Assembly: GCA_964564035.1 (NCBI GenBank)
Contig: CAZLZN010000006.1
Span: forward strand, 1-55,393
Direction: 5' to 3'
Length of the DNA: 55,393 bases
Source of the DNA: an uncultured Gammaproteobacteria bacterium
GTDB taxonomy: Bacteria > Patescibacteriota > Microgenomatia > Levybacterales > UBA12049
Under the pieces are notes generated by a model. The model ran no database searches. It was not told the origin of the DNA and saw only the letters and a list, made by a program, of their open reading frames with translations. Shown here one piece after another: positions 37,454 to 44,088 of the stretch. The position numbers and the translations under genes are program-made. The stretch's first letter is position 1, and each line of letters starts with the position of its first letter.

Positions 37454-38788
37454 ATGAAAATAAATAAAAAAAGCCCATCAGCTCGTATTAAAACACAAAA
37501 CGGAGACATGCTTGTCTGGATTGCATTTACGTCGTTTACAATAATTGTTTTTTTAATATTCTTTATAATTCTGCCTTTAACCAATACCAAAAAGAATTTA
37601 AAAGACGTAAAAAATGCCCAAGCAGCCCCCTCAGGATATGCGCTGTCATGGGGCGATGAATTTGACGCTATTACTCTTGATACATCATGCAGTGGCTCTA
37701 ATACATGGGCTGATTATTTTTGTAAATTCAACACCAGGAGGCTTGACGGCAACTCCGACGACGGCATTAAAATGCACAGCGACTGGAAAGGAGCAAACCC
37801 TTCCTCAGGCGCCAAAACAATACGGGAAGTGCTTACCGAAGCCGGATGGCCTTCTCCTTCTCTTCATGATGCATCAAACGGAACGCTTAAGCTTCGGGCA
37901 TATCCTATTCCTTCCTTATATCAAAATCAGTTCAATTGGAATGGAGCTACCAATCCCTCTGCAGCGTCTATGATTACAAGCGAGAAATCGCACTCACAAA
38001 CTTATGGTTACTGGGAAGTACGCGCCAAATTAAACACTGAGCCTAAAAATAAGCATTTTTCAATATGGCTCATGCCTCAGGACGGCTCATGGCCTCCGGA
38101 AATAGATCTCCTGGAAACAGTTATTGATATAAATAACAAAAGCGCCGGTATACTATCATCGGCAAACTCACACGGAGAAACACCCGATGTGCCAATAACA
38201 TTTTTCAAACCTGCAGGGGGTATGCTTAATGTTTGGCATACATACGGATTTGAATGGACACCAACAACCATGATATGGACTGTTGACGGACAAGTAGTTA
38301 GATCGCATCCTAACTATGTCAACAAGCCGATGTATATACTTGCCTCTTGGGAAGTAGGAGGTAGCTGGTCAGGAAACACGGATCAGAACACAAACTGGCC
38401 GGGCGAGATGGAGATTGATTATGTGAGAGTTTATACGCAGGGCGCTGGTCCCACATCCACGCAAGCACCTCAGCCGACAACAGTAATCCCGACATTCGTC
38501 TGCGCCGGAGGATCAAACTGTTCACCGTCAGTTACACCGACTATGCCGGCATCGGGAGTAACCATAACTCAACCCGTATATACATCTCCCGCTCCCACAG
38601 CTCAGACAGTGAGTCCTACCGGCGGTAGCGTCTCTCCGACAGCCGGAGCAATTTTGACACCCGGAAATCAGATTGGGCCGACTGTCAGGCCCGGACAGCC
38701 GGGAAGTCAAAACACAGGACTACTCATCCAGCTATTGGAAATCATAAAGCAGTTAATCGAGCTCCTGACAAGATTATTAAAATTCTGA
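37454..38788 (+). CDS. Secreted glycoside hydrolase family 16 (paralog of 26107..27708) with shared C-terminal tail module instead of PA14
   Basis: WPPEIDLLE (E-x-D-x-x-E), GYWEVRAKL and WHTYGFEWTP. The C-terminal 110 aa parallel the tail of the DUF362 protein. Confidence 0.85.
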   Translation: MKINKKSPSARIKTQNGDMLVWIAFTSFTIIVFLIFFIILPLTNTKKNLKDVKNAQAAPSGYALSWGDEFDAITLDTSCSGSNTWADYFCKFNTRRLDGNSDDGIKMHSDWKGANPSSGAKTIREVLTEAGWPSPSLHDASNGTLKLRAYPIPSLYQNQFNWNGATNPSAASMITSEKSHSQTYGYWEVRAKLNTEPKNKHFSIWLMPQDGSWPPEIDLLETVIDINNKSAGILSSANSHGETPDVPITFFKPAGGMLNVWHTYGFEWTPTTMIWTVDGQVVRSHPNYVNKPMYILASWEVGGSWSGNTDQNTNWPGEMEIDYVRVYTQGAGPTSTQAPQPTTVIPTFVCAGGSNCSPSVTPTMPASGVTITQPVYTSPAPTAQTVSPTGGSVSPTAGAILTPGNQIGPTVRPGQPGSQNTGLLIQLLEIIKQLIELLTRLLKF

Positions 38789-38893
38789 TATTTTATTGCG
38801 GATTGACCTTGCCTTTGACGTTGTCTTATATCTTCTAATTCTCCCTTAAATATTTATAACCTAAATAGAAAATGGTTCATGCGGCATTGACGG

Positions 38894-39307
38894 TTAGAAC
38901 TTGCCCGGATAAGTATAATGCTTGAAATTACCGGCTCTGACATGCTTCTTAAATATCCTCGTCTGGAATTCGGTATGCTCATCTCTGCCGACTACTATAC
39001 TTGATCTATTCAAAAGTTTACCACCTTCATGGTCGGTTATTACAGGAATAGTGGAAAATTTTCTCAGCAGAGGATCATAAGCGTTAGCAGATAGCTCCTG
39101 TATGTTTCCCGGTTTTATATCAATCATCGTGTCATTTTCCTCGAAACTTACATTGGCAGTGTAAAAATTGCCATCAAGGCTCACAACTGCAAAAGCAATC
39201 TCCGGACGCTGAGGAAAGCTCCATTTATAAATTTTTATTAACTTCGATTTGATTTCATTCTCAATTTGCTCTTTAGACTTCTCTTGTCCTCTCTCTATCT
39301 CTCTCAT
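38894..39307 (-). CDS. Hypothetical protein (137 aa)
   Basis: ORF only. Confidence 0.5.
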   Translation of the reverse strand: MREIERGQEKSKEQIENEIKSKLIKIYKWSFPQRPEIAFAVVSLDGNFYTANVSFEENDTMIDIKPGNIQELSANAYDPLLRKFSTIPVITDHEGGKLLNRSSIVVGRDEHTEFQTRIFKKHVRAGNFKHYTYPGKF

Positions 39308-39407
39308 ATAACGATATTTTATAAAAAAATTCTTACTAACACAAATTTAGTTATATATTGATTTTTGGTCTCCAGTTTGTCATAATTTAGACAAAAGGAA
39401 TATCAAA

Positions 39408-39932
39408 ATGAAAAACTCGATCGCATCCAAATTTGCATACCTCGCCGCTTTAGCTTTCATTGCCGCTATTATCACATCGTCAGTTTTGCTTCCGCCTGAA
39501 ACATATACAGGCCAGCCGCCGCTGTCTGTCATATTATCGGTAAGCTTTTTTATTATTTTCCATCTCGCTATGCTCCCGGTGATATCTGCGCTCCGTGCGC
39601 CCGACTGGGCAAAAACCTCGGGGATTATCTGGGTCGCAATCGACAATATGCTCGAGATGATGTCGTTTTTCGGAGTAGCAGGAGAACTTATTATACCTAT
39701 GAGGTGGGGGATTCATCTGGCGACGGCAACCTGGCTTATCGGAGTAGGACTCGAGCACCGGGGATTTTTCCGAATATTTAGTTTTATTGTCGCCGCCCTC
39801 CTGATCGCGGTCACACTTGCCGGGCCTTTTCTTGAGAGATCGGCCGTTGCACAGACTCTCGGTGCCGCCGGAGTACCATTCATAATCTGGATCTTCACCG
39901 CGGGCTTCAAATTGAACAAAGGCTACAAATAA
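39408..39932 (+). CDS. Hypothetical polytopic membrane protein (174 aa)
   Basis: Several clear hydrophobic helices. Preferred over the overlapping minus ORF 39380..39646. Confidence 0.5.
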   Translation: MKNSIASKFAYLAALAFIAAIITSSVLLPPETYTGQPPLSVILSVSFFIIFHLAMLPVISALRAPDWAKTSGIIWVAIDNMLEMMSFFGVAGELIIPMRWGIHLATATWLIGVGLEHRGFFRIFSFIVAALLIAVTLAGPFLERSAVAQTLGAAGVPFIIWIFTAGFKLNKGYK

Positions 39933-39952
39933 TTTTTGACTCTAATTGTAGA

Positions 39953-40669
39953 TCAGTGACCATGTCTAAGCCTCTTCACGGTTTTCCACAATATATATAA
40001 ATCAAAACCAAGGCTGGCGTGTTTGATATAAAATCTGTCATGATGATATCTGAGGTCATCCCTCTTTAAATTATTCCCCCTGGCTTGGTGCAAGCCTGTC
40101 AATCCCGGCAATGCGGTAGAATATAACTTTTTATAATTTTTATATCTTTCCTCCGACCAAACTTCTTTTAAATACCGCATACCATTAGTGCTCATCGGTC
40201 TGATGCCGGATATCGACATGTGTCCGGAAGCTATTTGGAATAATTGCGGAAGCTCATCCAATCCGTATTTTCTTAGCACTCTACCTAGTCTGGTAGCTCT
40301 GGGATCTTCATGGCCTGCTTTCCCCTTAACTGCCTGCGCGGTGTCTTTTTGTTTATCTGCGTCTTCATGCATAGAACGGATCTTATATACATCTAAACGC
40401 CCGAATTGACCGGAACGTTTTTGTTTATAAAAAACACTCCCACCGTCCTCTAGTTTTTTCGCCATTCCCAAAACAGTAATAGCGGGAGTACAAATAATAG
40501 ACGCAGGTATAGATACTGCTAAGTCCAGTACTCTTTTTCTTTTACTATTGAGATATTCTTTGCCCGGACTAGAGGAGAGGTGACTCACGGCGCGCCCGAG
40601 CAGAGTATCAGGTCTTCTTAGATACTTGTCGGCCGGTGTGTTCTGCTGTGCGTAATTATATCTCTCCAC
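39953..40669 (-). CDS. Undecaprenyl-phosphate sugar phosphotransferase (bacterial sugar transferase, WbaP/EpsL-type)
   Basis: RVLDLAVSIPASII..., GGSVFYKQKRSGQFGRLDVYKIRSM, and DPRATRLGRVLRKYGLDELPQLFQIASGHMSISGIRP are classic family blocks. GTG start. Confidence 0.85.
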   Translation of the reverse strand: MERYNYAQQNTPADKYLRRPDTLLGRAVSHLSSSPGKEYLNSKRKRVLDLAVSIPASIICTPAITVLGMAKKLEDGGSVFYKQKRSGQFGRLDVYKIRSMHEDADKQKDTAQAVKGKAGHEDPRATRLGRVLRKYGLDELPQLFQIASGHMSISGIRPMSTNGMRYLKEVWSEERYKNYKKLYSTALPGLTGLHQARGNNLKRDDLRYHHDRFYIKHASLGFDLYILWKTVKRLRHGH

Positions 40670-40810
40670 ACGTAGATTATACTATAAATATAATAATATA
40701 ATCAATTAATAATATACATAAAAGCAGGAGTTTAGTGCTTATTCATCAGCCCGCATATCTATATTCAATTTGCTGACTGTTTCTCTCCCTACCGCGCTAT
40801 ACCGAGACAA

Positions 40811-40839
40811 CTGCGGAGAGGGGGGGCGATATTGGAACT
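40811..40839 (-). pseudogene. Decayed remnant of a tRNA-Ser 3' end (T arm + acceptor + 3' flank)
   Basis: + strand ctgcggagagggggggcgatattggaact versus ctgcggaaggggcgagattcgaact at the live tRNA-Ser (43169-43193). The shared flank is ctgc. The remnant has a G-run expansion and 2-3 substitutions. Its acceptor (minus strand cctctcc) is exactly complementary to the 5' fragment at 43556..43591 (ggagagg). Confidence 0.45.
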
Positions 40840-40876
40840 TTTATGGCTCACAATACCGCCTTATAAATTTTACAAT

Positions 40877-41347
40877 TTACTTCTTACGCCGTTTATAAAT
40901 AAGCTCAATAAACTTATCAGTCATAAATATAGAATTCGTCATCTCATATAAAGCATAAAGATATAATAAAGACAAATAAACACTAGCGTATTTTAGAAAG
41001 TACGCAGTATTTTTTATTAGAATGGATGAATTTGAGTCTACTTTAGGAATTCCAATTAAAATTACAAACTGTATTAAAAAGAGCACCATCATTAAATATA
41101 TATTTTTTCTAATTTCTTTTTTAGTTTCACTAAATATTAATTTATTTTTTTGACTCTCAATATTAGTAAAATAACCAACTAGAAATATTGAAGATGCTAT
41201 ATTAAGCCCCAATAATAGCCCCATTATCTGAAGTGACTGGTTTTTAATATAATCTATTAAAAATCCATTCCCGATATATAGGTCAATTATTATTATTGGT
41301 ATCTCTGCTATGAGTATTAGAAATAATAAGCCAATTAATCTAACCAT
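40877..41347 (-). CDS. Hypothetical 4-TM membrane protein (156 aa from ATG 41347)
   Basis: Four long hydrophobic helices and a Lys/Arg-rich C-terminus. ATG 41347 overlaps the upstream stop by 8 nt (aATGgtTAG), suggesting translational coupling. Confidence 0.55.
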   Translation of the reverse strand: MVRLIGLLFLILIAEIPIIIIDLYIGNGFLIDYIKNQSLQIMGLLLGLNIASSIFLVGYFTNIESQKNKLIFSETKKEIRKNIYLMMVLFLIQFVILIGIPKVDSNSSILIKNTAYFLKYASVYLSLLYLYALYEMTNSIFMTDKFIELIYKRRKK

Positions 41348-42176
41348 TAAATATTTTATTAAAAAAATCCTTAACTGTTTGAGGGTCGGTAGTTGCCAAA
41401 TCAACATCTAAATCTAGTTCTATAGATTTTATTTTTTGTTCACTACTTATAATTTTTGACCTTATACCACCTTTAATCTTAAATTTGAATTCTCCTCCTC
41501 CTTTAGTAATATATTCAACCCCTTCTTTAATTAATCTATTATTCTTGGGAATTTTTAAATTCGCATTTTTATTAACTAATGATACCCCAGTGTTAGTAAT
41601 GCCAAATTCTTCCTGCAAATTTTTCAGGTCTTCATTTAATGTATTTATTATATTCAATAAATTAGGTGCGGCAAAAAATAAATCCAGCTCCTCTATATTT
41701 CCTTCATTCTGTTCGACAATTTTCCAAAAATCATACTCTTTAGTTACTGGATTAATTGTAGCTACGAGGCCATGCTGTAGTAGTTTATTATTTATTTTAT
41801 TAATGAATTCCTGTAATTGCTTGAGTGGTTGTTGAAAAATAGACCTTTTATACTCGAAAGCAATCATTTGTCCATTTTCAGGATTTTCACCAATATTTAT
41901 AAAGACCATGCAATTTGGCCAATCTTCCTCTTTTTCTTTTTTGAAGTTTTTTTCAGGAGATGCATGCTTTACTATGCTTGATTTTTTACCTATTTTGGCA
42001 AAAATATAATCGCCTTCAGACCTTTCATAGGTATATGCCAATTTTGATCCTCTATAATCGAAATAATAAGTCTTTTCCAGTAATTTCCGCATTAATTCCT
42101 TTTTGCTTGTTTCAGGAGCAAAAAGAATTTGTTGAGCAGTTTTATTAACAAAATACCTAAATAATAATATTCTCAT
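41340..42176 (-). CDS. Hypothetical protein (278 aa), no recognisable domain
   Basis: Long ORF in very AT-rich DNA. Lys/Asn/Glu-rich. Confidence 0.6.
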   Translation of the reverse strand: MRILLFRYFVNKTAQQILFAPETSKKELMRKLLEKTYYFDYRGSKLAYTYERSEGDYIFAKIGKKSSIVKHASPEKNFKKEKEEDWPNCMVFINIGENPENGQMIAFEYKRSIFQQPLKQLQEFINKINNKLLQHGLVATINPVTKEYDFWKIVEQNEGNIEELDLFFAAPNLLNIINTLNEDLKNLQEEFGITNTGVSLVNKNANLKIPKNNRLIKEGVEYITKGGGEFKFKIKGGIRSKIISSEQKIKSIELDLDVDLATTDPQTVKDFFNKIFNG

Positions 42177-42256
42177 ATATTTGCCTCAGCTTTAGCGGTA
42201 ATTTTACCATAAAGACGAAAATAATTCATTGTATTGTTGTAATACGGGGCTAAATT

Positions 42257-42724
42257 CTATTTAATAAATTCTGTTAATAGAAAAGAATAAGCTAATTGTA
42301 TCTCTTTTTTTATCCAACTCTCTTTTAATTCTTCTATTTCACCATTCCGGTCAATAAGTGAACTACAAGGAGAAAAATAAAATTTGTTTTTTGAAGCAAG
42401 GAAAAGAAAACATGGATTCCATGTAGCGTTTATTTTGTTTGCAATATCCAGAACATCTTGTTTATCAAATTGTGATCTATATTTTACTTCTACGAGATAA
42501 ACGCTTTGTTTGTCTTGTGATACTAATGCAAAATCTGGCGCATTTCGGATATTTTGCAGAACTTTTTGTACATGCAGATGATGCTGATATTGAGCAAGCA
42601 TAGGCGTTGTATGTTCATAGCCTAATGGAATAATTGTAAATTCCTCAGTAGAGCGGAACATTTCTTCAAAAATTAGCTCTGTAATTTTCCCCTTTATTAA
42701 GTTTCTCGAAAAACTTATATCCAT
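42257..42724 (-). CDS. Small PD-(D/E)xK-like nuclease-fold protein (tentative)
   Basis: GKITELIFEEMF (motif I Glu), then ...NAPDFALVS...SVYLVEVKYRS (P-D ... E-V-K spacing typical of restriction-endonuclease-like folds). Confidence 0.45.
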   Translation of the reverse strand: MDISFSRNLIKGKITELIFEEMFRSTEEFTIIPLGYEHTTPMLAQYQHHLHVQKVLQNIRNAPDFALVSQDKQSVYLVEVKYRSQFDKQDVLDIANKINATWNPCFLFLASKNKFYFSPCSSLIDRNGEIEELKESWIKKEIQLAYSFLLTEFIK

Positions 42725-42809
42725 ATATTAATTGTAACAGCTTATTACATTACTCATCTAGCTATTTAATAAACGCCCCTTCAGAAACGCCCCTCCCAAG
42801 CCGGATTCG

Positions 42810-43088
42810 TTATATTAAAGAAATTTTTTCTTCATTTTTGAAATAAGTTTTTAACATAGCTTTTAGACTGCGCAGGCCATATCCGGATTTAAGGTATTCT
42901 TCGCGGTTTTTTGCATCAGTTTCGTTTAAAAAGGCTTCGTAGCATATTAATTTATAAGGGATGTATGGTTTGGAAGCGGCGTTTTTGCCGGCATTATGTG
43001 ATTCAAGTCTAATTCTCAAGTTAGTCGAGTAACCAATATATAATTTTTTATAATTTACGCTTTGAAGGACATATGTATAGTAGAACAT
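42810..43088 (-). CDS. Small GIY-YIG nuclease-family protein (#1)
   Basis: MFYYTYVLQS..KKLYIGYSTNLRIRLESHNAGK...YYEAF..ETDAKNREEYLKSGYG shows the GIY...YIG, Arg and Glu elements of the URI/GIY-YIG domain. Confidence 0.85.
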   Translation of the reverse strand: MFYYTYVLQSVNYKKLYIGYSTNLRIRLESHNAGKNAASKPYIPYKLICYEAFLNETDAKNREEYLKSGYGLRSLKAMLKTYFKNEEKISLI

Positions 43089-43097
43089 AGTGAAGGC

Positions 43098-43172
43098 GAG
43101 ACGTAATAAATTTGCTATGCAAATTTAAACGTCTCAGCAGCGTTGAAATTGCTATGCAATTTCTTACGCTGC
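43098..43172. repeat. Two tandem 36-38-nt near-perfect palindromes
   Basis: gagacgt-aat-aaatttgc-tat-gcaaattt-aa-acgtctc (43098-43135) and gcagcgt-tg-aaattgc-tat-gcaattt-ctt-acgctgc (43137-43172). The outer stems differ but stay complementary within each unit. Confidence 0.8.
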
Positions 43173-43258
43173 GGAAGGGGCGAGATTCGAACTCGCGGTA
43201 GGCTTGCACCCACAGATGTTTTCAAGACATCCGCACTAGACCACTATGCGACCCTTCC
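43172..43258 (-). tRNA. tRNA-Ser (anticodon UGA), type II with long variable arm
   Basis: Minus strand: acceptor ggaaggg/cccttcc, 3-bp D stem, anticodon arm gatgt-ctTGAaa-acatc, long variable arm (tgtgggtgcaagcctacc), T arm gcgag-ttcgaat-ctcgc, discriminator G. 87 nt. Confidence 0.85.
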
Positions 43259-43259
43259 A

Positions 43260-43514
43260 TTATACTTTTGCGCCATTTTCCAGCAAATACTTTATTCTTT
43301 CTCTTCCTTTGCCGGTTTTTAAAAAATTTTCTTCTCGTAAAGCATCAGTCTTATTTATAAAAGCTTCATAATAAATTAGCCTCCAAGGTTTACCGTATTT
43401 GGTTGAGCGAACTTTTCCTTTATTATGATCTTTAATTCTTTCTTTTAAATCATCTGAGCTTCCTTTATATAACTCGCCAGTAATTTTGCTTTTTAAGATA
43501 TAAACGTAATGCAT
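43260..43514 (-). CDS. Small GIY-YIG nuclease-family protein (#2)
   Basis: MHYVYILKSKITGELYKGSSDDLKERIKDHNKGK...YYEAF..KTDALREENFLKTGKG. Its stop codon lies 1 nt before the first nucleotide of tRNA-Ser. Confidence 0.85.
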   Translation of the reverse strand: MHYVYILKSKITGELYKGSSDDLKERIKDHNKGKVRSTKYGKPWRLIYYEAFINKTDALREENFLKTGKGRERIKYLLENGAKV

Positions 43515-43524
43515 TATAAGGTTT

Positions 43525-43555
43525 TTCCGCCCAAGGCGGATCAGCCTCGGGCTGA
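43525..43555. repeat. Double hairpin, copy B (ttccgcc-caa-ggcgga / tcagcc-tcg-ggctga)
   Basis: Same stems as 43844..43878, with different loops. It lies between tRNA fragment B and the start of GIY-YIG #2. Confidence 0.8.
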
Positions 43556-43591
43556 CAAGACATCCGCACTAGACCACTATGCGACCTCTCC
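43556..43591 (-). pseudogene. tRNA-Ser 5' half fragment B (nt 1-36, ending inside the anticodon)
   Basis: + strand caagacatccgcactagaccactatgcgacctctcc versus 43223-43258 caagacatccgcactagaccactatgcgacccttcc: 34/36 identical, with both differences in the acceptor arm. The last four codons and the TAG stop of GIY-YIG #3 are encoded by fragment nt 1-15. Confidence 0.75.
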
Positions 43592-43837
43592 AAAGTAATT
43601 TTTTAACTTTCCCTTTAGTATTTCTCTTCCGTGCCCGGTTTTAAAATATTTTTCCGCATTTTGAGCATCCTTTTTATTTAAATAAGCTTCATAAAAGACC
43701 AATTTAAATTCACCGTTTCTTTTTGTAAAATCTGAATCGCCACGCTCATGCTCTCGAATCCTTCGCTTTAGGTCCGAACAAAACCCTTTGTATAACTTTT
43801 TATTCTTTATGAATTCTAAAACGTAAAAATAATACAT
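43577..43837 (-). CDS. Small GIY-YIG nuclease-family protein (#3)
   Basis: MYYFYVLEFIKNKKLYKGFCSDLKRRIREHERG...FYEAYLNKKDAQNAEKYFKTGHG. ATG 43837 is preferred over the upstream GTG 43843. Confidence 0.85.
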   Translation of the reverse strand: MYYFYVLEFIKNKKLYKGFCSDLKRRIREHERGDSDFTKRNGEFKLVFYEAYLNKKDAQNAEKYFKTGHGREILKGKLKNYFGEVA

Positions 43838-43843
43838 TTTCAC

Positions 43844-43878
43844 TTCCGCCTCTTCGGCGGATCAGCCGTAGAGGCTGA
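43844..43878. repeat. Double hairpin, copy A (ttccgcc-tcttc-ggcgga / tcagcc-gtaga-ggctga)
   Basis: Stems identical to copy B. It lies between tRNA fragment A and the start of GIY-YIG #3. Confidence 0.8.
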
Positions 43879-43891
43879 ATGCGACCCTTCC
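43879..43891 (-). pseudogene. tRNA-Ser 5' fragment A (nt 1-13)
   Basis: + strand atgcgacccttcc equals 43246-43258 exactly, and the next upstream base (a) is also shared. The match is short, so it could be chance, but it sits in the same relative position as fragment B. Confidence 0.4.
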
Positions 43892-44007
43892 AAGAGCGAA
43901 AAACTAAAAAAGAAAAACTTAAAAAAATCTTAGCATTTCTTGCGCGCGTAGCTATTTTAGCAAAAATAGGGGATTGATGCGAATGACAAATTATTACTGT
44001 ATTTGTG

Positions 44008-44035
44008 TTGATAAATATAAGTGAAGTGATATAAT
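44008..44035 (+). promoter_or_regulatory. Sigma70-like promoter candidate for the GH15 gene
   Basis: TTGATA (44008-44013), 16-nt spacer, TATAAT (44030-44035). Confidence 0.3.
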
Positions 44036-44088
44036 GCATTAAATAATTGCTATAGGACTTATAATTAGTTTGATTGGCAATAAATAAT

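Larger units (their letters stand above)
40840..43555 (-). mobile_element. Candidate integrated AT-rich island bracketed by the two halves of a disrupted tRNA-Ser and carrying its own intact tRNA-Ser
   Basis: Bounded by the 3' remnant (40811-40839) and the 5' half-fragment (43556-43591). Spot counts of 60-nt lines inside give about 15-32% G+C, against about 53% in the GH15 gene. Contents: membrane protein, unknown, PD-(D/E)xK-like nuclease, two GIY-YIG genes, tRNA-Ser. No integrase or transposase was seen. Confidence 0.4.

Noticed and set aside
39380-39646. The minus-strand 88-aa ORF.
   Set aside because: It is fully overlapped by the longer + strand ORF 39408..39932, which has convincing transmembrane helices.
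43800-44039. The minus-strand 79-aa ORF.
   Set aside because: It overlaps the GIY-YIG #3 start, the hairpins and the tRNA fragment in another frame, and the rest is AT-rich spacer.
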